Origin: Phycisphaerae bacterium
Lineage (GTDB): Bacteria > Planctomycetota > Phycisphaerae > Phycisphaerales > Phycisphaeraceae
Length of the DNA: 38,400 bases
NCBI GenBank assembly: GCA_963577075.1
Contig: CAUYYV010000001.1
Coordinates: 1 to 38,400, forward strand
Direction: 5' to 3'
The position numbers were made by a program, and so were the translations under genes. The notes under the pieces are model-generated. The model worked only from the letters and a program-made list of their open reading frames with translations. It did no database searches and was not told the DNA's origin. Below, in pieces: positions 18,001 to 26,521 of the stretch (positions are counted from its first letter, which is position 1; every line of letters starts with the position of its first letter).

Positions 18001-21000
18001 CCAGCACGATCTGGCGCACCACGGTCGTGTGGGGATCGACGGCGACGACGTGCAGGTGATGACGATTGCCCAGCACGGCCCTCTTGATCGTGATGATGCC
18101 GTTCTCATCCGGTGCGAGGTTGGCCAGCAGGACGCCGCGGTTGGCGAGAAAATCAAGATTGGCAAAGTCGCTCGTGGGTCCGGTTTCCGCCTTGAAGGGT
18201 GAAGCGATATCGAATTCGTGTTCACCTGCCTCGCCTTTGCGTTTGTAATCTTCGCCCGTCCGCGCAACCTGGTGCCCGGCCTGTGTCTTGCGAATCGCCC
18301 ACGGGTTGAGCAGCAATTCCGGGCGCTTGAGCGTGTTGCTCGGGAATTTCGTGGCATACTTGCGATCGAGTATGTAGCGATATTCATCGCCGATGTCGCG
18401 GCCGGCGACGTACAGAGATTCAGCCCGTGGCGATGAGAACATGTTCGGCTCCTCGACGCCGACGCGGCCCAGGTCGCGGTACACGTCGAACGCGGGCACG
18501 TATCGGCTGGCGAGCACGTGCACTCGTGCCAGCGGCGTCGCGTGGCGGACATGGATGGTGATTTCCTCCTTGTCTGCGTTGAGCGCAGAGATGTGCAGCG
18601 GTTCGGCATTGCGCACCTCGAGACGCCGCATCTTCGCCAGCACATGGCCGTCTTTGCGGGTTCCGGTGGTCATTCGAATGGCGATGCGCCTGCCCGTATC
18701 CTTGAATAACAGGTCGTAGTCGCCGTCAGGCAGGTTGTCGATGATGATGAAGCCATCCTTGATGGCCAAGGCATCGAATCGATCCGCGACGAAGGCGCCG
18801 CCTCGCGTTTCGATCAATGAAAGCTCATCGCGTGACGGTTGCTGCCGTCGGCCGACGTACGGTATCTTCACAGCCACACCGGTTTCGCCGTGTACATTCG
18901 ACGGCAGCATGCAGCGGTCCTGATGCAGCCTCCAGGTGCGCGATGTGCCCTGCGGCCCTGTTGCACGCAACCGTTCGATGTCGTGAAGCGGGCCGAGATG
19001 TACCCGGCCGTTCGCGTCGCTCTTGAGCGTCACGTGCACCTGTTCGCGGAAACCACGGTGCTTCAATACCAGGTTGACCGGCCGGTCCGGCACCGGTTCG
19101 CCCGTGCGACCGAGCAGGTCGAGCATATAGCGATCTCGGTCGCGCAACACGTGCAGGTCATCGGTCTTCTCGGTCTTGTCGATCTGGTTGAGCGAGAACT
19201 GTGCGCCCGAATCCAGATCGATTTTCTTGTTCTGGCTGAGAGACTTGATCTTTGCGGTGAGGTTAAACGCGATCAGGCTGAGCCGGTCGGGCACGACAAA
19301 CTCGTGCACCGTTTCGTTGTAGTTGTGCAACTTGAAGTCGTCGACACGTGTGGTGGTGACGGTGCCGTCGTGATCCGTGGCGGTGATAGTCAGCGTGATC
19401 TGCTCAAGCAGTCCGATTGGCGCCGCCACGCCGTTGATCGTCAGCGTCGGGCGGACGACCAGCAACGCCTTGCGGTGGGCAAGCAGTTGCTCACGCTGCA
19501 CATGGAACCCGGCCGTCAGCCGGTATTGTTCCGACAGGTGCTTGAATTTGTCGAGCGTGGCGAAGTCGCCATCGACAAGGATGATCGGTTGTCGGGCGGG
19601 CTTGGCGGTAAATGGCACGGTGATGACGCCGTGTTCATCCGGCGAATAGTGATGGCCGGCGACGTACAACGTGGCCTCGGGGCGGGTCCGATTCTGCTCG
19701 TCATAGATCGTAAACAGATGGCCCGCTGAGCTGGTACGCTCGAGGTAACGCAGCCGGCCCTTGCGCACTAGGACGCGGCTGCTGCGTCCGCCACCGATGA
19801 ACTCGATGACGTAAACGCCGCGGCGGGTGAGTCCGGGGAACTCGAAGCTCCGGACCACGCGGCGCAGGGGAGCCTGCTTGTAATTGTAGATCTTCTCCGA
19901 GTTGGTCACGAGCCCATCAAGGTTGATGTCGGTGTTCACCTTGCGGCCTGTGGACAGATAAAAATTCAGATTGTTGATCCGAAAGACCTTGACGATCAGT
20001 GTCTTGGCGTTCTTGATCGCCAGGTCCAGTGTGACCGGTTTGTCCGCGGCGAACAGCTTTTTGTTGGTATGGATGAAGTCGAGGTCAACGCGGCGCTTGA
20101 GTGTTTCGTACTCGCTCGGCGTGAGCATCGAGTACCACTGCTCCATATCGCCGATGCCTGCGAGAATCTTTGTCTCGGCAAACACGCGCTTCAAGTAGTT
20201 TTCGCGAATGTAAGGCGTATACGGCTTGTATGATTCGGCCTTGAGAAAGAAATGCTCAAGGTAGCTGCGCACGAGCGGTTCGTCGTGACGGATCGGCGGC
20301 AGCAGGATGTGTCCGCTGTAATCGGCGTTGAGATTGACCGGGTAACGCCGGCTGGCGTCACGCTTCATGTGCCTCGGTTCGATGTAAGCCACCCGACGGG
20401 GCAGCTTGATGTATGCCATGAAACGCGTCGCATCATATTTGCCCTGTGACCGATCGAACTCGAGCCGCCGGTAGAGAATGCTCGCCTTGATCGAGTTGTG
20501 TACGGGGGGCAGGGTCTTGGCAAAATTCCACAACCGATCCAGATAGGCCCGGCGCACTTTCGGGTCGTGCCGCCAGTCGTCATCCGGCCGCGGCCGGAGC
20601 TTCGATAGATACGTGGTGACGAAGTTCAAGTTGTCGATCAGCGTCGGGTCGAGTTGCAGGCACTGGTCCAACTGGACGCTCAGCAGCATGCGGTGGATAT
20701 CCAGCGACCCGAACCCGCGGCTGTGCTTGTAGCGCAGATCGTCGACCACAAGCTGGGGCAGGCTGGCGTAATCGGGCCTCTGCATTCTTCCCAACAGGTG
20801 ACGGCGGTGGTCGGGGTTAAGGTCCATGGCGATCAGCCAGTCGAGCGCACGATCCTCGAACCCGCCCAGATCACCGCGTCGTTGCAGCGCTTGGGCCGTC
20901 AGTGTCCGCCGGCTGACCAGGTTCTGGTTCAGTTTCGTCGGGTGATCCGGTTTGGCATCGAGCCGTTCACGTTGATGGTTGAAGTGCAGCCCCAGCCGTT

Positions 21001-21331
21001 GGCGGATCAGCTCGAGCGACCCGGCCGGATCCTGCTCGTAGCGCAGCAACGCCTGGCGGTTCTGGATCTCGCGCACCAGGGCCGTGTGCTTGTACCGCTT
21101 GATCCAGGCCTTGAGCATATTGTCGACATTGCCCAGCTCGCCGCGGTTCTGATAGTGCAGGCAGTGGTAGTAGTAGAATTGTTCGGTGCCCGGGATCAGT
21201 TGATTCAGGGCCGCCCCGCGATCCTCGGCCAGGGCGAAGTCCTCGACGAAGCCGATCTCCTCCGCTCCGGCGCCGCCGGCGACGGTCAAAAGCGTCACGC
21301 CCCATACGATCATCATGTTGCGCTTCTGCAT
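15026..21331 (-). CDS. Giant secreted protein of unknown function, 2,101 aa
   Basis: An uninterrupted 6.3-kb ORF. The ATG at 21331 is preceded by AGAGGGAG (7-nt spacer). The signal-peptide-like N-terminus is MQKRNMMIVWGVTLLTVAGGAGA. Beta-sandwich-style motifs recur (TLKSDANGRVHLGPL; YKDGYTDLRGRFDY). A Gly/Lys linker GYGGKGKGGK lies near nt 17316-17345. Confidence 0.85.
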   Translation of the reverse strand: MQKRNMMIVWGVTLLTVAGGAGAEEIGFVEDFALAEDRGAALNQLIPGTEQFYYYHCLHYQNRGELGNVDNMLKAWIKRYKHTALVREIQNRQALLRYEQDPAGSLELIRQRLGLHFNHQRERLDAKPDHPTKLNQNLVSRRTLTAQALQRRGDLGGFEDRALDWLIAMDLNPDHRRHLLGRMQRPDYASLPQLVVDDLRYKHSRGFGSLDIHRMLLSVQLDQCLQLDPTLIDNLNFVTTYLSKLRPRPDDDWRHDPKVRRAYLDRLWNFAKTLPPVHNSIKASILYRRLEFDRSQGKYDATRFMAYIKLPRRVAYIEPRHMKRDASRRYPVNLNADYSGHILLPPIRHDEPLVRSYLEHFFLKAESYKPYTPYIRENYLKRVFAETKILAGIGDMEQWYSMLTPSEYETLKRRVDLDFIHTNKKLFAADKPVTLDLAIKNAKTLIVKVFRINNLNFYLSTGRKVNTDINLDGLVTNSEKIYNYKQAPLRRVVRSFEFPGLTRRGVYVIEFIGGGRSSRVLVRKGRLRYLERTSSAGHLFTIYDEQNRTRPEATLYVAGHHYSPDEHGVITVPFTAKPARQPIILVDGDFATLDKFKHLSEQYRLTAGFHVQREQLLAHRKALLVVRPTLTINGVAAPIGLLEQITLTITATDHDGTVTTTRVDDFKLHNYNETVHEFVVPDRLSLIAFNLTAKIKSLSQNKKIDLDSGAQFSLNQIDKTEKTDDLHVLRDRDRYMLDLLGRTGEPVPDRPVNLVLKHRGFREQVHVTLKSDANGRVHLGPLHDIERLRATGPQGTSRTWRLHQDRCMLPSNVHGETGVAVKIPYVGRRQQPSRDELSLIETRGGAFVADRFDALAIKDGFIIIDNLPDGDYDLLFKDTGRRIAIRMTTGTRKDGHVLAKMRRLEVRNAEPLHISALNADKEEITIHVRHATPLARVHVLASRYVPAFDVYRDLGRVGVEEPNMFSSPRAESLYVAGRDIGDEYRYILDRKYATKFPSNTLKRPELLLNPWAIRKTQAGHQVARTGEDYKRKGEAGEHEFDIASPFKAETGPTSDFANLDFLANRGVLLANLAPDENGIITIKRAVLGNRHHLHVVAVDPHTTVVRQIVLAEAAPRFLDLRLADGLDPALHFSEQKRISVLEKGKPFVIPDVRSSRFEVYDSIAKVYRLYTTLGNNANLSEFHFILDWPKLKDADKREKYSKHACHELNFFLYEKDRPFFDKVIKPYLANKKGKTFIDHWLLGADMSPYLQAWPYQRLNIVERALIGRRVAEDRRQTARHVTDLYNLLPPNVERFNFLFRTALKGSSLETAGTIGDGTPADQIRRLRSLGYGGKGKGGKLAPGATAARAMDGAVLHIRNDLAKEQKQTSAERYDDRLGAKDEKMSEFTNGRLGRDRTRRAMVRQLYRKLDKTQEWAENNYYHLPIDQQNAALVPVSAFWRDYANHGGKTPFLSTNLAEASRNFTEMMFALAVLDLPFEAGKHDRELKGQLYSLTAASPAVIYHQQIRPTNTTGEKTAILISQNFFRHGDRYRHLNNEKLDKFITDEFLAHTVYGCQVVATNPTSSRQKLDLLLQVPRGAIPVLNGKYTRGVHVDLQPYHTKTIEYYFYFPFTTGNDEKTFAHYPVHVAREGSLIAFAKAIRFNVVEKPSKIDKQSWDYISQHGSQDDVLKFLGTHNPGRVKLNRIAWRMQNKVSFRAVVELLDQRHIYDNTLWSYALKHNHLPTLRQFLKHADRFVSRCGSYIDCKLLTIDPVVRKTYQHMEYSPLVNARAHQLGRTQQILNNRFGAQYRRLMKTLTYRPKLDDDDLMAVTYYLLLQDRTEQGMAFFERVNPDKLATRLQHDYITTYLDFFTDGTSTARRIASRYKNHPIDLWRQRFAKVLARIDQIEGKSGRTVDPGDRTQVQTRLASTEPSFDFNIDARHVTLNYQNVNKCRVNYYLMDIELLFSRQPFVQQYSSHFSFVQSNQTSTINLPPTKKTYRFALPTELANRNVMVEITGGGVTKSQPYFSNALTVQVIENYGQVRVAHRRNDKGYPKVYVKVYARMKNGQVRFYKDGYTDLRGRFDYTSLNTNELDLVDRFSLLILSEKDGAVVREAGPPKR

Positions 21332-21479
21332 GGTCAGGCTCCCTCTGTGAGGTGGGTCGATAGTCCGATGGCGTGGACCGCACGCTTATCTACGGTGATG
21401 CGCGATCATAAGACATAGACGCTCAAACCGCCCAATTGTTCAATCGAATGGGCAGAATCTGACGCTCGTGGTCGGCGTG

Positions 21480-22388
21480 TTACTTACCGGTGATCCAGCG
21501 CGTATCGGCCGCTTCGCAACCGGGTACGACCGGTGCCTTGCAGACATCACGGAATACGCCGGCAGTTTTCATGCGTTCATACTGGCGTTCCCACGGGCCT
21601 TCGAGGCGTCGGTGGAGGCCGTTGCGGGCGTCGGGGGGCATGGCGGCGCCACGTGGGCAGTGGCTGTAGATCATCATCCGGCGGGGCCTGCCCGACGTGT
21701 TCGCTCGCGAATTGTGCACAAGCATGACGTGAAACAACATGACCGACCCGGGCGGGCAGAGCACGTCGGTGCCGGCATCGGGATCGATCTGCTCGACCAG
21801 CCGGTCAAATCCCGTCGCGGCATCGATGTCATGTCCGAAGTCCTGGCGGTGTGAACCGGGCCAGACGTGCATCGGACCGGAGTCTTCGGCGCAGGTGTCG
21901 AGGCTGATCGCCGACGAGATCACCGTTTGGGGGTAGCCTTCGTGTCGATAGTAAGCCCAGTCGTGGTGGATCGGGAAGCGATCGTCGCTGTTCTCGCTGA
22001 CCTCGAGGCCCTCGATCCGCTGCGGCAGCGTCTGCTTGTAGTTGAGCTTCTCCTCCAGCAACTCCGGCTCGTCGCCCATGATGATCCGCATCGGCTCGAT
22101 CAGGCGCGGATCCTCGCTGATCCGCGACAGGTAGATCGACAGATCGTTGATCGGCTGTATCTTTCGCACGATCTGTGTGCCATCGGGTCGGACACGCCAT
22201 TCGAGCCGCCCACTGATACGCTTGTTGGCGATCGATGAGTTGATGATTAACTCGATGATGTAATCCGCCTCCGTGCGCATCTGGCGAACTTCGTCGTCAC
22301 TGAAGACGGCGGGCAGCACGATAAACCCGTTGCGGTCATACTGATCGAGTTGCTCAGCGGTGATGTACCGGTTCGTCGTCACTGTCAT
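21480..22388 (-). CDS. Phytanoyl-CoA dioxygenase (PhyH) family Fe(II)/2-oxoglutarate oxygenase, 302 aa
   Basis: HxD facial-triad motif PIHHDWAYY, distal His in MLVHNSRAN, and the PhyH-like N-terminus LDQYDRNGFIVLPAVFS. The ATG at 22388 is preceded by AGGAGA (7-nt spacer). Confidence 0.8.
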   Translation of the reverse strand: MTVTTNRYITAEQLDQYDRNGFIVLPAVFSDDEVRQMRTEADYIIELIINSSIANKRISGRLEWRVRPDGTQIVRKIQPINDLSIYLSRISEDPRLIEPMRIIMGDEPELLEEKLNYKQTLPQRIEGLEVSENSDDRFPIHHDWAYYRHEGYPQTVISSAISLDTCAEDSGPMHVWPGSHRQDFGHDIDAATGFDRLVEQIDPDAGTDVLCPPGSVMLFHVMLVHNSRANTSGRPRRMMIYSHCPRGAAMPPDARNGLHRRLEGPWERQYERMKTAGVFRDVCKAPVVPGCEAADTRWITGK

Positions 22389-22699
22389 CTATTGATCTCC
22401 TGCTCTGCCGCTCGCTTGGGCTTGTGGGGCGTTGCGGTGAGATATGGAATGGTCGAGTAATCGGTCTCGGTGCTGTCGCGCACATGTCTGGAGCGGTGCG
22501 GGGCCGTGATAAGGAAAAAGACTGTGCAGGCGATCGCCCTCCCTGCGGCGAAGTGCCTTGCCCGCTGTTGCGATCGCTGGGTTATGCGGCACGTCATGTG
22601 TTGATTATACAACGCAAGGCATGCCAGACGTAAAAATCCGGGAAATTTGGGTGTCCGGCCTTGATGTCGTTTATTGAAAGTGCATCAACTTGAATCAGG

Positions 22700-22724
22700 T
22701 AACGCTCAATTTATTGAAGCGTTA
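22700..22724 (-). terminator. 7-bp stem hairpin immediately after the aldo/keto reductase stop codon; a weak terminator candidate
   Basis: TAACGCT-N11-AGCGTTA abuts the TGA (22727..22725, minus strand). The stem is AT-containing and no U-tract follows, so support is weak. Confidence 0.25.
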
Positions 22725-23735
22725 TCACGATGCCAGGATTTTGTCGATCTGTTGCAGTTCGTCTTCGGTAAAGTCCGCATGATCGAGCACGGCCGCGTTT
22801 TCCCTGATCTGCTCGGGTCGGCTGGCGCCGATCAGGGCGGTGGTGACGCACGGATTGCGTAGCACCCAGGCCAGCGCCATCTGTGGCAAACTCTGGCCGC
22901 GTTGTACGGCGTGATCGTTGAGTCTGCCGAGCTTGGTCCGCATCGGTTCGTCAATGGTCGCCGGGTCGACACGTGACGGCCCCTTGGACTCGCCGAGGAA
23001 CCGGCTTGACAGCCTGCCCTTGCCCAGTGGGGAGAAGCAGGCCATGCCGAATCCCGCGTGTCTGGCCGTCTTGAACAGATCGGTTTCGATCCCGCGATTG
23101 AGCATGCTGTAGCTAGGTTGATGCACAAGCAGCGGTGCCAGTCGATCGCGATCGATGATGCGGATTGCTTCGGCCGTCAGGGCTCCGGAGTAATTGCTCA
23201 CGCCGAAATGCAATGCCTTGCCCGAGCGCACGGCCTGATCGTAAGCGCCAAGCGTTTCTTCCAGCGGCGCGTCCGGGTCGGGGCAGTGGTGGTAGTAGAT
23301 GTCCACGAAGTCAAGGTCGAGCCGCTTGAGCGATTCATCAAGCGATGTGAGAATATGCTTGCGTGAGCCCGCCCGACCGTACGGCCCGGGCCACATGTTG
23401 ACGCCAGCTTTCGTGGAGACGACCAACTCGTTGCGCGGCAACTGCTTGATAATCTGGCCGAGCCGCTCTTCGGCCTTGCCTTTTGGCGGGCCGTAAATGT
23501 TTGCCGCGTCGATGTGCGTGATCCCGCAATCGAAAGCGGTGAAGATCATCTGCTTGGAATTTTCGTGGAACGCCTTCTCGTCCTGGTGATGGCCGGTGCC
23601 TGTTCCGGGGTCGCCGAAGTTCTGCCAGATGCCCAGACTGATCGCCGGCAGCACCAACCCCGACCGCCCGCACCGGCGAAACCAGCCTTCACTGAGATTC
23701 TCGTAGCGATCCGCTTTTAGTGTGTATGCATCCAT
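22725..23735 (-). CDS. Aldo/keto reductase, YghZ/Gpr (L-glyceraldehyde-3-phosphate reductase)-like, 336 aa
   Basis: The N-terminus RYENLSEGWFRRCGRSGLVLPAISLGIWQNFG closely follows the YghZ pattern. AKR motifs are HIDAANIYG, VSTKAG and HCPDPD. Confidence 0.85.
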   Translation of the reverse strand: MDAYTLKADRYENLSEGWFRRCGRSGLVLPAISLGIWQNFGDPGTGTGHHQDEKAFHENSKQMIFTAFDCGITHIDAANIYGPPKGKAEERLGQIIKQLPRNELVVSTKAGVNMWPGPYGRAGSRKHILTSLDESLKRLDLDFVDIYYHHCPDPDAPLEETLGAYDQAVRSGKALHFGVSNYSGALTAEAIRIIDRDRLAPLLVHQPSYSMLNRGIETDLFKTARHAGFGMACFSPLGKGRLSSRFLGESKGPSRVDPATIDEPMRTKLGRLNDHAVQRGQSLPQMALAWVLRNPCVTTALIGASRPEQIRENAAVLDHADFTEDELQQIDKILAS

Positions 23736-23827
23736 GACGATAGTTCATCATAAAGAATTTTATTGGGCAAACTGATCTCGGATTGTACAATGCAGGTTAC
23801 TTTATTATTACCCTTAGGATCCTGATC

Positions 23828-24664
23828 ATGCCAGCTGATGTCATGGCTCGCGCGTCAATGATTCACGAGGCGTTTGCATATGGTGAGGCCGAGCACGCTC
23901 ATTATGAGAAGCAGGGCTACTGCATTTTCGATCACTTTCTGACTGACGATGCGATTGAGCGGTGCTGCCGGCAGATGGATCAGATGGTCAGCGAACTTCA
24001 CCCGGAGTGTACCCCGGAGGAGATGATATGTCCGCATCAACAGGGAGATCGGTGGGTGTGGGACCTGGGCACGGAGCCGCGATTGTTGGACATGATCGAG
24101 CGTCAGATCGGGCCGAACATTATCCTCTGGTCGTCGCACGCCCTGGCCAAGCCGCCGCATACCGGCATCGAGGTGCCTTGGCATCAGGACGCGCCGTACT
24201 GGAACGTCGGTGGCCCGCTGGCCGGGGCGGTGTGGATCCCGCTTGACGGTGTTGACGAGCAGAACGGCACGATGTCGATCCTGCCCGGCCTGCACAGGCG
24301 TGGCGAGTTGCCACGCCTGATCGATAGGCCGAACGCCGATCGGTTGGGGCACAAGAACCTGTTTAAGCAGGAGATCGATCTAGACGCCCTGCCGGATGGC
24401 GCGGATGGAGCGAAAGTGACCTACCGCCTCAAGGCTGGCCAGATGGGCACGCATCACACCATGTTGCCGCACTGTTCAACGCCCAACAGTTCGGAACGCT
24501 GGCGGCGCGTTCTCGGGATTCGTTACATGTCTGCGGAGGGCACGCTTGGTGACAAGACATACGAGTCCTACCGCACGCGCAAACCGTTTCAACGCACGTT
24601 CTACCTTGTTCGCGGCGAAGACATCAAGGGTTATGGCCTGCCGCACAGTCCGTTTGATGATTAG
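23828..24664 (+). CDS. Second PhyH-family Fe(II)/2-oxoglutarate oxygenase (about 278 aa)
   Basis: HxD motif PWHQDAPYW, distal His in MLPHCSTPNSS, and HYEKQGYCIFDHFLT near the N-terminus. I chose the ATG at 23828; the ORF-track start 23783 is a TTG, and ATGs at 23843 and 23858 are also possible. Confidence 0.75.
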   Translation: MPADVMARASMIHEAFAYGEAEHAHYEKQGYCIFDHFLTDDAIERCCRQMDQMVSELHPECTPEEMICPHQQGDRWVWDLGTEPRLLDMIERQIGPNIILWSSHALAKPPHTGIEVPWHQDAPYWNVGGPLAGAVWIPLDGVDEQNGTMSILPGLHRRGELPRLIDRPNADRLGHKNLFKQEIDLDALPDGADGAKVTYRLKAGQMGTHHTMLPHCSTPNSSERWRRVLGIRYMSAEGTLGDKTYESYRTRKPFQRTFYLVRGEDIKGYGLPHSPFDD

Positions 24665-24980
24665 TGTCACATCGCTGCTGCGCGTGGTGATGTCCCATCA
24701 TGAAAGCAATGGATAAAGGATTGCCCGAGACCTGAGGACATAGCTGCCTTGCCCGGTTGGGGTTCCTGCCAGGTGATGGTTGGCCGGGGCTATTGCGGGA
24801 TGGTGATCGATTATTGAAGCGATACAACGCCTGTACTTTTTACTTGTTACGGATATGTCACTGTTCGGATTCGAGCGGTACTTTTCAGCGGCCTTTTTCC
24901 TGAACGGCTCGGATTGCGGCCGAAATTTCCGCAGTTGGACAGTGGTCCCTCGTGATGTTCTGCGCGATGGCCGGTGGTCT

Positions 24981-25367
24981 TTACTTTTGCTCGGACCAGG
25001 GCGAGTCGGCAACGTCGTCGGATGACTCGGGTGGGGCGTGCATCAGCACGAACACCATCTGTTCGTCCTGTGTGTTCTCAAAGTGGTGCACGACGTTGGC
25101 GGGGATGTAGATTGCGGCGCCGGCCTCGATGTTTTTAGTCTCGTCTTCGACGGTGATCGTGCCTTTTCCCTTGATGATGTAGAACATCTCCTCGCTATGC
25201 GGGTGCGCGTTGGGCAGCGTCTTGCTGTGGGGTTCGAGGTACAGGATGCCCAAATCCATGTGTCGCGCCGCCACGTTGTCCGGCGACAGCAATATCGTTG
25301 CTCGGCAGGTTTCCTGAATGTAGTTGCGGCCTTCGCTCTCGCGCACGACCTTGACCAATCGTCCCAT
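24981..25367 (-). CDS. Cupin-domain protein, 128 aa
   Basis: Cupin motif 1 is HPHSEEMFYIIKGKG and motif 2 is IYIPANVVHHFEN. The ATG is preceded by AAGGAGA (6-nt spacer), 25 nt after the upstream ADH stop, so co-transcription is likely. Confidence 0.75.
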   Translation of the reverse strand: MGRLVKVVRESEGRNYIQETCRATILLSPDNVAARHMDLGILYLEPHSKTLPNAHPHSEEMFYIIKGKGTITVEDETKNIEAGAAIYIPANVVHHFENTQDEQMVFVLMHAPPESSDDVADSPWSEQK

Positions 25368-25392
25368 ATCCGGTCTCCTTTTGCGCAGCGGG

Positions 25393-26421
25393 TCAGGGTT
25401 TCAACACGACTTTCGTGCCCTTGCCCGCGATCAGCAGGTCGAATGCCTCTCGCCATTGCTCAAGAGGAAACTCGTGTGTGATGAAATGATCGAGTCTGAG
25501 CTTGCCCTCGCTGATGTAGCGCATGCCCAGTTCGCAGTTGCTCCAGGTATAGGAGCGCACGCCATTGAGACTAATCTGACGCATGATCACGTCGAGCATG
25601 GGCACCTCGATCGTTTCCGACTGCACGCCGATCATGGTGACCGCGCCGCCACGGCGCACGATCTCGATCGCGGCGAGCAACGCCGTGTGAGATCCGGACA
25701 CCTCGAATGCGGTGTCGGCGCCGCGCCCACGCGTAAGTTGCATGACGTGGTCGGCGACATCCGTTTCCTCGGCGATCAGCGTCGCGGTCGCGCCCAGTTC
25801 ACTCGCTTTTTGCAGCCGCGCTTCGTCCTTTTTCAAGCCGATGACCACGATGGGATCGGCGCCTTGCAGCCGGCACAGTTGTGCGATCGACAGGCCTAGA
25901 AACCCCGGCCCGAAGATGATGACCGCGTCGCCGCTTCTGATCACGGATCTGTCCACGACCGCGTGGATGGCGACGTAGATGTCCGCCAGAGACGCCACCT
26001 CGAACGAAATGTTGTCCGGTACGGAGATCAGCATGTCCGCAGGAACTTTGACGAACTCGGCAAACCCGCCGTTGACGTCATATCCGATGCCGACCCGTGA
26101 AGCGCACAGATTTTCGTGGCCCGATCGGCAATACCAGCAGCGGCCACAGGCATAGACATTGGCTTCGACGGCGACGCGGTCGCCGACCTTGACGCCCTTC
26201 ACGCTGCCGCCTATTTCGTGAACCACGCCAGCGATCTCGTGGCCCAGCGTGACCGGAGGCTTGTACATCCGGTTGTGACCCGTGTACCTTTCGATGTCGC
26301 TGCCGCAGATTGCCGCTGACTTGACCGCAAGGAGCACCTCGTCATCTCCGTGCCGGGGTGTCTCGACATCGAGCAACTCCAGATTTCCCGGCCCATAATC
26401 GGTCTTGACCAACGCCTTCAT
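25393..26421 (-). CDS. Zn-dependent medium-chain alcohol/polyol dehydrogenase (sorbitol/threonine dehydrogenase-like), 342 aa
   Basis: Catalytic Zn motif GHEIAGVV, structural Zn cluster CGRCWYCRSGHENLC, and Rossmann IFGPGFLGL. The ATG is preceded by GAAGGAAA. Confidence 0.85.
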   Translation of the reverse strand: MKALVKTDYGPGNLELLDVETPRHGDDEVLLAVKSAAICGSDIERYTGHNRMYKPPVTLGHEIAGVVHEIGGSVKGVKVGDRVAVEANVYACGRCWYCRSGHENLCASRVGIGYDVNGGFAEFVKVPADMLISVPDNISFEVASLADIYVAIHAVVDRSVIRSGDAVIIFGPGFLGLSIAQLCRLQGADPIVVIGLKKDEARLQKASELGATATLIAEETDVADHVMQLTRGRGADTAFEVSGSHTALLAAIEIVRRGGAVTMIGVQSETIEVPMLDVIMRQISLNGVRSYTWSNCELGMRYISEGKLRLDHFITHEFPLEQWREAFDLLIAGKGTKVVLKP

Positions 26422-26521
26422 GATTTTTCCTTCAATATCGGTTGACGTTCATTCCGTTTCAGATGTTACCGGCGCCCAGACCAATCCGTGTGCATATCCC
26501 GGCATGGCAATCGCATTTGCG

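Noticed and set aside
15026-21331. The idea that the giant ORF is a bacterial alpha-2-macroglobulin
   Set aside because: Size and beta-sandwich-like motifs are compatible. But I find no CxEQ thioester motif, no lipobox, and nothing I can align to A2M from memory. It is left as unknown.
22713-24832. The shared 11-mer TTATTGAAGCG near 22713 and near 24822
   Set aside because: Chance recurrence of an 11-mer is expected many times in 38 kb on two strands, and there is no extended similarity around the matches.
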